DNA from: Deltaproteobacteria bacterium
GTDB lineage: Bacteria; Myxococcota_A; Polyangia; Polyangiales; JADJMO01
Length of the DNA stretch: 64,000 nucleotides
Reading direction: 5' to 3'
Assembly (NCBI GenBank): GCA_022843175.1
Contig: JALHOE010000023.1
Coordinates: forward strand, 3,011 to 67,010
The position numbers and the translations under genes were made by a program. The notes beneath the pieces were generated by a model. The model saw only the letters and a list, made by a program, of their open reading frames with translations. It did no database searches and was not told the DNA's origin. This document shows, piece by piece, positions 45,462-54,565 of the stretch (position 1 is the first letter of the stretch; every line of letters begins with the position of its first letter).

Positions 45462-47413
45462 TTGGCCTTCGGCTTGACCAGCAGGTAGCCGGCCATTTCG
45501 AGGTGGAGCGCGGAGCAGAACTCCGTGCAGAACATCGGGTACACGCCCGGCTTGTCGGCGACGAAGGTGACGTTCTCGTGTCGTCCCGGCTCCAGGCTGA
45601 GCTGCACGTTGTGCATGCTGATCGCGAAGCCGTGGGTCTGATCCTCGGACTGTTCGAGGTTCGTGATGTGCAGCTTCACGGTGTCACCCTGCTCGACCTC
45701 GATCTGATCGGGGGTGAAGTGGCTGCGGATCGCGGTCATGTACACGTCGACCACGTTCCCCTTGCGGACGATCTTCTCCTGGCCCGCCACGGTGGCCGAC
45801 GGGTCCTTGTGACCGATGTATGGGTTCTCGCCGAGCGGATAGGTCTTGATCGGCTTGAGCTTGTCGGCCCGGATCATCTGGGCGTAGTGCGGCTCTCCGA
45901 TGCCGATTGGCATGTCGGCGAGCATCCGCATCTTCTCGCCGTCGATCCCGATCAGCTGGAAGTTTTGGGGGTAGAGCGGCCCGACCTTCGAGAAGCGATC
46001 GAGCGACATCTTGTTCATCGCGATGACGAACTTCCCGTCCGGGCTGACCGTGTCGCCCTCTGCCGCGAGAATGTGGCCGATGTTGTAGTGCACCGGCATC
46101 TTCTCGATGACCTTGAGCTCCTTGACCGACCACTTCGCGACGACGCTCTCGATGAACACCGAGGTGTACGCGTTGCCCTTGTCGTCGAAGACGGTGTGCA
46201 GCGGACCGAGACCGATCTCGGCCTGCCCGCGGATGCTGTCGGAGAACTTCAGGATCGGCAGCCCGTAGGCGTCCTTGCCCTCGAACTGCTGCGCGTCGAT
46301 GAGCTTCTTGATCTTCTCGAAGCTGTACACGGTCGCGTGGGTGTCGAGCTTGCCTCCCACGACGATCTCCTTGCCATCGGGCGTCACGTCGACGCCGTGG
46401 GGGCTCTTCGGCTCGCCGATGAGGGTGATGACTCGCTCGGCGGCCGAGACAGCGAGCGGCAGCACGCGGATCCCCTTGATCGGCTGTCCCTTGCCGTCGG
46501 CGATGAGCTTCTCGGCCTTCTTCCAGTCGATCACGTGCAGGTAGTCCATGTCGTTCTGCGACGCGCCGGACTCGATCGGGGGCTTGCCCTCGAGCGTTCC
46601 GCCGATCGCCATCTCGGTGTTGAACGAGTTGATGAAGACCCAGCCGTCGCTGTCGAGCTTGCCCGCGTCCGCGAGATCCTGCGTGTAGGGCGGCAACTCC
46701 AGCGCCCAGCTCTGGTTGGGATCGATCCGCTTCGTGGTGCGGTCGAACTTCCAGAACACGCTGACGCCGCGGTACTTCTCCTTGTACTCCGCCAGCGGCG
46801 CGTACTCGCGGCCGAGCGGCGCGGGGTACTGGCTGGTCTCGATGACGTAGTCGGTGTTCTGGGTGACGAAGGTCCCACCGTGATCGCTCGCCGCCAGCGG
46901 GTTGGCGACGATCTGCTTGGTCATGAAGTCGGCAAGATCGACCACCGCGACGCGGGCGTTGGCCTTGTCGTTCACGAACAGGACCTGGCCGTCGTACTCG
47001 CCGTTGGTCTCCGACAGGTTCGGGTGATGGACGTCCGCCCACTCGAGCGCGTGGCCGTTCTGCTTGCCGCCCTCGAGCACCGCGTCGCCGTCTCCGCCGT
47101 AGCCGTACCCCTGCCACGGCTCGGGCGTGTACACGCCGATCAGCTTCAACAGGCGCATCGACGGCGCGCCGATCACGAGCACCTGGCCGGACTGCCCGCC
47201 GGACGCGAAGACGATGTAATCGTCGAGCTTCCCCGACGGGACGTACGTGCGGAGCGCCGCTTCGACGTCCGCCTCGGTCAGGCCGCGCGCGGCCATGAGC
47301 TCCTTGACGGAGGCAGACGCAGCGATCGCTCCACCCTTCGACTTCGGCTTGCCGCACGCGAGTGCGACCAGCGCGACCGCGCCAATTCCGGCTCGTGCGA
47401 TCCATCGCTTCAT
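45458..47413 (-). CDS. nosZ: Nitrous-oxide reductase NosZ, Sec-dependent (clade II / atypical) type
   Basis: 651 aa. The CuA motif is CTEFCSALHLEM (Cx3Cx3Hx2M), and beta-propeller His ligands are present (DVHHP, SDHGG, PHGVD, GPLHT, EPHY). The N-terminus MKRWIARAGIGAVALVALACG has no twin-arginine motif. Confidence 0.95.
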   Translation of the reverse strand: MKRWIARAGIGAVALVALACGKPKSKGGAIAASASVKELMAARGLTEADVEAALRTYVPSGKLDDYIVFASGGQSGQVLVIGAPSMRLLKLIGVYTPEPWQGYGYGGDGDAVLEGGKQNGHALEWADVHHPNLSETNGEYDGQVLFVNDKANARVAVVDLADFMTKQIVANPLAASDHGGTFVTQNTDYVIETSQYPAPLGREYAPLAEYKEKYRGVSVFWKFDRTTKRIDPNQSWALELPPYTQDLADAGKLDSDGWVFINSFNTEMAIGGTLEGKPPIESGASQNDMDYLHVIDWKKAEKLIADGKGQPIKGIRVLPLAVSAAERVITLIGEPKSPHGVDVTPDGKEIVVGGKLDTHATVYSFEKIKKLIDAQQFEGKDAYGLPILKFSDSIRGQAEIGLGPLHTVFDDKGNAYTSVFIESVVAKWSVKELKVIEKMPVHYNIGHILAAEGDTVSPDGKFVIAMNKMSLDRFSKVGPLYPQNFQLIGIDGEKMRMLADMPIGIGEPHYAQMIRADKLKPIKTYPLGENPYIGHKDPSATVAGQEKIVRKGNVVDVYMTAIRSHFTPDQIEVEQGDTVKLHITNLEQSEDQTHGFAISMHNVQLSLEPGRHENVTFVADKPGVYPMFCTEFCSALHLEMAGYLLVKPKAK

Positions 47414-47439
47414 GGGGCCCCCTGAGCGGAGACTCCGTC

Positions 47440-47455
47440 ATCAACATCGGTGCCA
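47440..47455 (-). promoter_or_regulatory. Candidate sigma-54 (-24/-12)-like element upstream of nosZ: TGGCAC-CGATG-TTGA
   Basis: The reverse strand reads cTGGCACcgatgTTGATg, ending 27 nt before the nosZ ATG. The consensus is TGGCAC-N5-TTGC; here the -12 GC is GA, so the match is weak. Confidence 0.25.
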
Positions 47456-47522
47456 GCAGCGAACGTGCACGATCGAACCCGCGTTGCGCGCGGAAGCAGC
47501 GTGGCGAATTGCCCTGGGCGCG

Positions 47523-48191
47523 TCAGACCCAGGCGTACGCGCGTCGCACGGCCTCACGCCCGCCGTGCTCCACCGCGGGCCCGTGCGAGAGCACGATCCT
47601 GTCGAAGTCCCAGGCGAGAATGCGCTCGACCTGTCGACGCGCGAGCCCGCGGTCGCGGATCATCAACCGCTCCGGCCAGCCGAAGCCGGGCGCGGTGTTC
47701 CCCATCATCCGCGCGACGACGCGCGTGGTCCAGGAGTCGTGGGTGGAGAGGTTGAGCAGCGCGTCGCAGCAGATCAACGTGCGGCTCACTGCGTGAAAGA
47801 ACACGACCTCGTTCTCTCGGCGAGCAGAGAAGTACACCTGCTTCAGATCGCGCGCCCAAGCCGGGTGGGGTTCGTCGGCGAGCACGCACGTGAAGGCGAG
47901 ATCGGGACGTTTCCACTCGAGCCCGGGGCAGGCGCCGTACACCGCCTTGGGGTAGGCACGCATCCACTCACCCACGTAGAGGTGGTGGAACACGCTCGGT
48001 GCGACCACGGCGCGCACCGGGCCGAGCGCGTCGACGGCGCGACGCGTCTCGTCGTCGAGCGACACCGGCGAGTGGACGAACAAGCCTCCGTCGCCCATGC
48101 GCACGAGCGTCATGCGGCTCCCACACTCGACGCCCCAGAACTTGCCGCTGCGGGTGTCGATCCAAACCTCTTCGGCGAAAGGCGCGAGCAT
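47523..48191 (-). CDS. DUF4336-like (metallo-beta-lactamase-fold) protein
   Basis: The start is MLAPFAEEVW, followed by RMTLVRMGDGGLFVHSPV...VVAPSVFHHLYVGEW..YPKA. The family call is from memory. Confidence 0.6.
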   Translation of the reverse strand: MLAPFAEEVWIDTRSGKFWGVECGSRMTLVRMGDGGLFVHSPVSLDDETRRAVDALGPVRAVVAPSVFHHLYVGEWMRAYPKAVYGACPGLEWKRPDLAFTCVLADEPHPAWARDLKQVYFSARRENEVVFFHAVSRTLICCDALLNLSTHDSWTTRVVARMMGNTAPGFGWPERLMIRDRGLARRQVERILAWDFDRIVLSHGPAVEHGGREAVRRAYAWV

Positions 48192-48370
48192 CGCGAGAGA
48201 ATACTCGGAGCGAGCACGCGCGGGATGTGAACTGCGCAATCTCCGGAGGCGGCCGGTGCAAACTCTTCGTCGCGTCGCGACGGCGCGAACGCCGTTCTCG
48301 TGCGTTCGACGGGGCATCGATGTTGCTCGGCCACTCGTTCCGCTCGAACGGCGAGCGAAAGGGGAGAGCC

Positions 48371-48847
48371 ATGACGAACATCCGGAAGTCCATTCGCATC
48401 AACGCCTCCGTCGACCGCGTCTTCGAGTTCATGTCGAACCCCGAGAACCTCGTCGAGGTGTGGCCGAACATGATCGAGGTCTCCAACGTCCAGACGAAGC
48501 CGGATGGCGGGCGCAGCTACGACTGGGTCTACAAGATGGCCGGCATGAAGTTCCACGGCCACGCCGAGTCGATCGCCGTCGAGAAGAACAAGCGCAGCGT
48601 CGTGAAGAACGACAAGGGGATCCCGAGCACCTTCGAGTGGACGTTCTCGGGCGACAACGGCGGGATGCTCCTCTCGGTGTCGGTCGAGTACGCGATCCCG
48701 GTGCCGCTCGGGCAGAAGCTCGCCGAGCGGCTCGTCGCGCGCATGAACGAGCGCGACGCAGAGACGCTCCTCGAAAACGTCAAGGCGCGCGTCGAGATGG
48801 GCATGCAGGCGACGACGGGCACGCGCGCTCAGCCACAGCGCTCATGA
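48371..48847 (+). CDS. SRPBCC (START / polyketide cyclase-like) superfamily protein
   Basis: MTNIRKSIRINASVDRVFEFMSNPENLVEVWPNM is typical of an SRPBCC N-terminus. Confidence 0.8.
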   Translation: MTNIRKSIRINASVDRVFEFMSNPENLVEVWPNMIEVSNVQTKPDGGRSYDWVYKMAGMKFHGHAESIAVEKNKRSVVKNDKGIPSTFEWTFSGDNGGMLLSVSVEYAIPVPLGQKLAERLVARMNERDAETLLENVKARVEMGMQATTGTRAQPQRS

Positions 48848-49026
48848 TCGGGAGGATCCTCTTGGAATCGCGGTGAGCTCGAGCGCGCTGCCACCACCGC
48901 CCACACACGCGATCACGAGCAAGTCTCGCAAAGCTCGCGCGCCTCCGGGCGCAGGCTTTGCGGGACGCGCAAAAATGCCTACGGCCGCGCCTGCGTGCTT
49001 GCTGCGTTGCCCGTACGGTCAGCGGC

Positions 49027-50235
49027 ATGAAGTCACCGAGCACCTTCCACGCACTCGGGCTCATCGCGATGATGCTCACCGCGTGCTCGTCGGGGACGAT
49101 CTCGTCGCCCGACGACGAAGCCACCGTCGCCGCAAACCCTGCAGACCCGGCGGCGCCCGGGTCGTCGGCAGCTCCGGCGCCCACGACCGCGCCGCCGACG
49201 TCCGGTTCGTCACCCGACGCCGGCGCGCCTCCCACCGCTCCGCCCGGCTCGCCGCCGTCGTCTGCGACCTCGCTCGACATCGGGGTCACCGACACCATCG
49301 ACGATCTCGGCTTCAACTTCGCGACCGCCCACGCCGACGGCCTCACGCGGACCACGTTCTACACGATGTGGCGTGACCTCGAGCCGAGCAAGGGTGTCTA
49401 CAAGTTCGGGGACATCGACGACATGAGCAAGCGCGCCGCCGCGGCCGGTCTGAAGCTGTCGGTCGAGATCGAGATCACCAACACCGACTGCGTCGAGAAC
49501 GGCATGAGCGACGCGTTCTGCGTCACCTCGAAGTTCCCCACCGATCAGCCGTTCAGCCGAACCGGCGCCGGGTTCGCCGATCCGGCGATCGCCAGCCGTC
49601 TGTCCGCGCTCCTCGGCGCGATCGCGGCGCGGTACGACTCGTCGGTGCTCACCCACGTGTTCCTCGGCAACGAGGTCGATCGCTACATCCAGATCGTCCT
49701 CCACGACAACAAGATCGATCTCACGCCGGGCTTCGTGAACATGCTCGGCACGGTGCGCAGCGCCGTCGCCGCGGCGCACCCGAAGCGCCCGAAGCTCGGC
49801 ACCGTCGTCGAGTTCCAGCCGAGCCCGGAGTACGCGACGGTCCCGTCCAAGGCCTGCGCCAACGTCGACGTGCTCGGCCTCACCATGTACCCGACCGAGC
49901 CGGACGCCGAGGGCAGCGATCCGGCCCCCGCGAAGATCCAGCGCTGGCTCGCCGCGGCGCGGACCTCGATCGCCGGCGCGTGCCGGCTCGCGGTCACCGA
50001 GGTCGGCGCCTCGGCGGTGTCGCCGTTCGGCACGCCGGAGTCCCAACAAGCGGTCGCTCAGGCGATCATCGATTGGCTCCACGCGCAGCCGACCGTCTAC
50101 GACTACGCGACCTGGTTCGCCATGAGCGACAACCCCGATCCGAGCGGAGACGTCTTCGGCGGCATGGGCCTGATGACCCGCACCGGAGTGCCGCGCCCGG
50201 TCTACAAGACCTGGCTCGCCGCCGGCAAACCCTGA
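49027..50235 (+). CDS. Lipoprotein, putative clan GH-A (TIM-barrel) glycoside hydrolase
   Basis: LIAMMLTAC provides the lipobox, followed by a Pro/Ala linker. The candidate acid/base is FLGNEVD and the candidate nucleophile is AVTEVGA. Confidence 0.55.
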   Translation: MKSPSTFHALGLIAMMLTACSSGTISSPDDEATVAANPADPAAPGSSAAPAPTTAPPTSGSSPDAGAPPTAPPGSPPSSATSLDIGVTDTIDDLGFNFATAHADGLTRTTFYTMWRDLEPSKGVYKFGDIDDMSKRAAAAGLKLSVEIEITNTDCVENGMSDAFCVTSKFPTDQPFSRTGAGFADPAIASRLSALLGAIAARYDSSVLTHVFLGNEVDRYIQIVLHDNKIDLTPGFVNMLGTVRSAVAAAHPKRPKLGTVVEFQPSPEYATVPSKACANVDVLGLTMYPTEPDAEGSDPAPAKIQRWLAAARTSIAGACRLAVTEVGASAVSPFGTPESQQAVAQAIIDWLHAQPTVYDYATWFAMSDNPDPSGDVFGGMGLMTRTGVPRPVYKTWLAAGKP

Positions 50236-50236
50236 G

Positions 50237-52492
50237 TCAGTAGAGCAGGTACGCCTTACGGCGCGCCTCGAACGCGCGTTCGTCGGCGGACCATGACGTC
50301 ACGATCGAGTCGAGCGGATCGCCCCGTTCAATCGCCTTGATCGTGGCGTCGTGGCCGACGATCTCGATGAGCTTCTTCGTCTGCCACGCGCCGGGGTAGA
50401 GCGTCCGCAGCGAGAGCGCGAGCGCGACGCCGAGGCGCAGCGGCACGACGCGCTCGGGCTCGGTGATGGCGATCGAGACGCCGCCACACGGGACTCCGGC
50501 GTGCGTGCTCGACGCGGGGGTGAAGCGCGTGGGTCGGAACAGCAGCCCCGGGAGCCTCCGCTCGTTCATGTGCTTCGCCAGCGCCTCGCCGTCGATGAAC
50601 GGCGCGCCCACGAGCTCGAACGGCGCGCCCGTGCCGCGGCCCACGCTCACGTTGGTGCCCTCGAGGAGCGCGACGCCCGGGTAGAGCAGGGCCTCGAGAT
50701 CGGTGCGCAGGTTCGGCGAGGGCGGGACCCAGGCGAGGGCGGTGTCGTGGAACAGCATGTCGCGCCGGTAGTCGAGCATCTTCACGACCTCGACGCGCGC
50801 GCCGACCGAGCGCTCGCCCTCGAACATGCGCGCGAGCTCGCCGACGGTCATCCCGTGGCGGATCGGCGTGCGGTGATAGGCGGTGAACGAGGTCCGGCCG
50901 ACGTCGAGCAGCGGCCCCTCGACCGCGCCGCCGAGCGGGTTCGGGCGATCGAGGACGACGACCGGCAGACCGAGCTCCTTCGCGCTCTCGATGACCAGCC
51001 CGAGCGTGGTCTCGTAGGTGTAGAACCGCGCGCCGGCGTCCTGCAGGTCGAACACGATCGCGTCGGCGCCCGCGAGATCCTTGGCGCTCGGCTTCTTGCG
51101 ATCGGCGCCGTAGAGGCTCTTGATCGGGAGGTGGGTCTTCTCGTCCACGCCGCTCGGCACGAACTCGTCGGCGGTCGCGTCGAGGCCGTGCTCGGGGGCG
51201 AGCAGCGCCACGACGTTCACGCCGGCCGCGCGCAGCACGTCGAGCGTGCGCTGCCCCTTGCGATCGACGGCGCTCCGGTTGGTCACGAGCGCGACCTTCT
51301 TGCCCGCGAAGCGCGCGAAGCCGTCGCGTTCGAGCACGTCGATCCCGGTCCGCACGCCGGGCGCCGCGATCGCGACGCGCACGGCCTCGGCGAGCTCGCG
51401 TCGCAGCCTGCTCACGTCTCCCTTCTCGTCCGGGTGGAGGCGGCTCGTGAGCAACACGATCGTCGTCTTGGTGCGGGGATCGATGGAGAGCGAGGTCCCG
51501 GTGAACCCGGTGTGCCCGAACCCGAGCCCGTGCACGTCCCACCCGAGGGTGCGGCGCGCGCCGGGGACGTGCACCGGCTTGGTCATCGTCGTGACGAGGT
51601 CGCTCGGAAGGACGCGCACGCCGCCGAGCTCGCCGCCGTGGAGCAGCATCCGCGCGAACGTGGACAGCTCCTCCGCCGTCGAGAACAACCCGGCGTGGCC
51701 GGCCACGCCGCCGAGCGCACTCGCGCACGGGTCGTGGACGACACCCTCGAGGATCCCACCGTCGCGGCAGGTGGGCGCGACGCGAGGGAGCAGCGCGGCG
51801 GCCGGTCGAAACCCCGTCGCCCTCAGCCCGAGCGGCGCGAACAGTCGCTTGTGGGCGAACGCGTCGAGCGGCTCGCCGCTCACGCGCGCCACGATGGCGC
51901 CGAGCAGGATGAAGCCGAGGTCGCTGTATTTGTAGGCAGCGCCGGGCGGGCTCGCGAGGCGCAGCGCGCCGATCCGCTCGAGCGCTCTCTTCTCGCCGTC
52001 GCGGAACGAAGAGAGCGAGCCGGCCGCGGGCAACCCCGAGGTGTGGAGCAGGAGCTGCTCGATGGTGATCGCGCCCTTGTCGTCCCCGAGCTCGGGGAGG
52101 AATTGCTTGGCGGAATCGCCGAGCGCGAGTCGCTTTTCGGCGGCGAGCAGGTGGATCGAGAGCGCGGTCGCGAGCGGCTTGGTGAGCGACGCGAGATCGA
52201 ACACCGTATCGACCGTCATCGGCACTCGCTCCGGAGCGACGCGCCGATGCCCGTACGCCTTGCGATGCACGAGCTGGTCGTTCGACCACACCTCGACGAC
52301 CGCGCCGGGCGCGTCGCCGCGCACCAACGCCTCCTCGACGACCCGATCGATCGCCGCGGTGCTGCGCTCGGGAGCGCTCGCGTGCTCCCCGGGGCTCACC
52401 GGCGGGCTCACCGGCGGCCCCGCCTCGCTCGGCGGTGCGCTCGACCTCCGCCCGCACGAGAGCAGCGCGAGGACGAGCACGGCGCGGCGCAT
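50237..52492 (-). CDS. Fusion protein: beta-lactamase-fold serine hydrolase (N) + DUF1343 / NamZ-like exo-N-acetylmuramidase (C), lipoprotein
   Basis: MRRAVLVLALLSC provides the lipobox. The N-half has SLTK (SxxK) and LLLHTSGL. The C-half has GIDVLERDGF..KKVALVTNRSAVD...LLAPEHG...IVFDLQDAGARFYTY. Confidence 0.85.
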   Translation of the reverse strand: MRRAVLVLALLSCGRRSSAPPSEAGPPVSPPVSPGEHASAPERSTAAIDRVVEEALVRGDAPGAVVEVWSNDQLVHRKAYGHRRVAPERVPMTVDTVFDLASLTKPLATALSIHLLAAEKRLALGDSAKQFLPELGDDKGAITIEQLLLHTSGLPAAGSLSSFRDGEKRALERIGALRLASPPGAAYKYSDLGFILLGAIVARVSGEPLDAFAHKRLFAPLGLRATGFRPAAALLPRVAPTCRDGGILEGVVHDPCASALGGVAGHAGLFSTAEELSTFARMLLHGGELGGVRVLPSDLVTTMTKPVHVPGARRTLGWDVHGLGFGHTGFTGTSLSIDPRTKTTIVLLTSRLHPDEKGDVSRLRRELAEAVRVAIAAPGVRTGIDVLERDGFARFAGKKVALVTNRSAVDRKGQRTLDVLRAAGVNVVALLAPEHGLDATADEFVPSGVDEKTHLPIKSLYGADRKKPSAKDLAGADAIVFDLQDAGARFYTYETTLGLVIESAKELGLPVVVLDRPNPLGGAVEGPLLDVGRTSFTAYHRTPIRHGMTVGELARMFEGERSVGARVEVVKMLDYRRDMLFHDTALAWVPPSPNLRTDLEALLYPGVALLEGTNVSVGRGTGAPFELVGAPFIDGEALAKHMNERRLPGLLFRPTRFTPASSTHAGVPCGGVSIAITEPERVVPLRLGVALALSLRTLYPGAWQTKKLIEIVGHDATIKAIERGDPLDSIVTSWSADERAFEARRKAYLLY

Positions 52493-52533
52493 GGCGACAT
52501 CATGACCCACAGTTGGTTGATAGACTCTACCGG

Positions 52534-53502
52534 GTGACGCCCGCTCGGACGGTGGAGGGATTGCTCGCGGCGATGGAGCGCTCCGGCATCGACGTCGCGC
52601 GCGTCCGGGCCGCGGCCGGCGTCCCCCCGGCGCTCGATCCCGACGCCGAGCTACCGCGCAAGGTCACGGCCGCGCTCTTCGCGGCGGCCGCCGAGCAGCG
52701 TCCCGACCCCGAGCTCCCGACGATCCTCGGCCTCGCGGCGCCGTTCGGCTGCTTCGGCGTCGTCGACTACCTCGCCGGCAGCTCGGCCACGATCGAGGGG
52801 GCGATGCGGGCGCTCTCCGCGCACTTCGCGGGCATCACCCGCGATCTGCGGCTGGTCGTCGACGAGGGCGAGGGCCTGTCTCTCGAGGCGCGGGGCGGCG
52901 ACACGCCGGACGGCATGTTCGGCGAGGAGTCGGCGATCGCGATCACCACCGGTCGCTTCGCACGACTCGGCGGGCCCGAGTACAAGCTCGAGCGCGTCAC
53001 GCTGCGCCGTCCGTCCCCCGGCCCGAGTCGGCATCGAGAGCTGCTCGGGTGCCCCGTCGAGTTCGGCGCCTCGGTGAGCGCGATGCACGTGTCGCGCGCG
53101 GTCGCGGCGCTGCCGCTCGCATCCGCCGATCCGAACCTGCGCTCGGCGCTCGCCGACGTGGTGAAGCGCCTCGATCTCGCGCCCGCCGACACGCCCGATC
53201 TCGAGGTGGCGATCCGCGGACGACTCCGCGATCTGATGCCGCGAGGCGTGATCACCGCCGCCGCGGTCGCGCGCACCCTCGGGCTGTCGGAGCGTACGCT
53301 CCACCGCCGCCTCGCCGCGATCGGGCGGACTTTTCAGGACGTGCTCGACGGCTTCCGCGTGCGCGAGTCGGAGCGACTCCTGCGCGAGCGACGGCCGCTG
53401 GTCGAGATCGCGCTGACCCTCGGATACGCGGATCAGTCCGCGTGGTCGCGCGCGTTCCGCAGGTGGAAGGGCCTCAGCCCGACCGCGTGGCGACCCGACT
53501 GA
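52534..53502 (+). CDS. AraC-family transcriptional regulator (with an N-terminal AraC-binding-like domain)
   Basis: The C-terminal HTHs are VARTLGLSERTLHRRLA and IALTLGYADQSAWSRAFRRWKGLSP. The start is uncertain (GTG 52534 or TTG 52513). Confidence 0.8.
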   Translation: MTPARTVEGLLAAMERSGIDVARVRAAAGVPPALDPDAELPRKVTAALFAAAAEQRPDPELPTILGLAAPFGCFGVVDYLAGSSATIEGAMRALSAHFAGITRDLRLVVDEGEGLSLEARGGDTPDGMFGEESAIAITTGRFARLGGPEYKLERVTLRRPSPGPSRHRELLGCPVEFGASVSAMHVSRAVAALPLASADPNLRSALADVVKRLDLAPADTPDLEVAIRGRLRDLMPRGVITAAAVARTLGLSERTLHRRLAAIGRTFQDVLDGFRVRESERLLRERRPLVEIALTLGYADQSAWSRAFRRWKGLSPTAWRPD

Positions 53503-53533
53503 CGCTGGCCGCTCGCTTGCACCTTCGCACCGG

Positions 53534-54565
53534 ATGGCCACGATCTTCGTCGCCGGCGGAGGCGCTTGGGGGACCGCGCTCGCGTGCCACGCGACGCGTC
53601 AAGATCACGCCGTGACGCTCTGGGCGCGCGAGCGCACCGTCGTCGACGACATCAACGAGCGGCACGAGAATCGCGGCTTCCTTCCGCGCATCGTGCTCCC
53701 GCAGGCGTTGCGCGCGACGGACGACCTCTCGCTCGCCGCGAACGCCGAGCTGGTCGTGCTCGTCCCACCTGCGCAGCATTTGCGGGCGCTCGCCGAGGCG
53801 TTGCGCGACCACGTGCGTGACGACGCGTGCGTGGTCGTGGCTTCGAAGGGCATGGAGGAGCACTCGCTGCGGCTCATGTCCGAGGTGCTCGCCGAGTGCT
53901 GTCCGAAGATCGGCGCCGAGCGCATCGCGTTCCTCTCGGGGCCGAGCTTCGCGCGCGAGGTCGCGCACGGTCTCCCCACCGATGTGGTCGCCGCCTCGGT
54001 GGGCAAAACCGCCGCGCTCTTGGCCCAGCGGTTCCTCCACTCGCCGCTCTTTCGCGTCTACAGCTCCGACGACCCGATCGGCGTGCAGGTCGGCGGCGCC
54101 GTAAAGAACGTGATCGCGATCGCCGCCGGGGCGTGCGATGGGCTGCAGCTCGGCCACAACGCCCGCGCGGCGCTCGTCACCCGGGGGCTCGCGGAGATCA
54201 CCCGGCTCGGCGTGGCGCTCGGCGCGGACCCGCTCACGTTTCTCGGCATGTCCGGCGCGGGCGATCTGTTCCTCACGTGCGGCGGAGACCTGTCGCGCAA
54301 CCGCACGCTGGGCCGCAAGATCGCCGAGGGCATCGACGCGCGCGCGTGGGTCGAATCGCAGACGTCGGTCGCCGAGGGGTATCACACCGCGCTCGCGGCT
54401 CGCGCGATCGGGCTTCGGGAAGGGGTAGAAATGCCGATCACCGAACAGGTTCACGCCGTATTGCACGAGGGTCGTCCGCTGCTCGAGGCGATCCAGAGGC
54501 TCTTGACCCGCCCGTTCAAGGACGAGCAGCTGGCCCTCCGCCCGCCGCACGCGAGCCACCGATGA
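53534..54565 (+). CDS. gpsA: NAD(P)H-dependent glycerol-3-phosphate dehydrogenase
   Basis: It contains IFVAGGGAWGTALA, SGPSFAREVA, GGAVKNVIAIAAG and GDLFLTCGGDLSRNR. Confidence 0.9.
   Translation: MATIFVAGGGAWGTALACHATRQDHAVTLWARERTVVDDINERHENRGFLPRIVLPQALRATDDLSLAANAELVVLVPPAQHLRALAEALRDHVRDDACVVVASKGMEEHSLRLMSEVLAECCPKIGAERIAFLSGPSFAREVAHGLPTDVVAASVGKTAALLAQRFLHSPLFRVYSSDDPIGVQVGGAVKNVIAIAAGACDGLQLGHNARAALVTRGLAEITRLGVALGADPLTFLGMSGAGDLFLTCGGDLSRNRTLGRKIAEGIDARAWVESQTSVAEGYHTALAARAIGLREGVEMPITEQVHAVLHEGRPLLEAIQRLLTRPFKDEQLALRPPHASHR

Noticed and set aside
47380-47413. Tat (twin-arginine) signal on NosZ, as in classical denitrifiers
   Set aside because: The N-terminus is MKRWIARAGIGAVALVALACG, which has no RR-x-F-L-type motif. 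It fits a Sec/lipoprotein-type leader, hence the clade II call.
45503-47447. 640-aa (+) and 587-aa (-) ORFs overlapping nosZ
   Set aside because: They are shadow frames of nosZ. Only the 45458-47413 (-) frame shows the CuA motif, the propeller His ligands and normal amino-acid composition.
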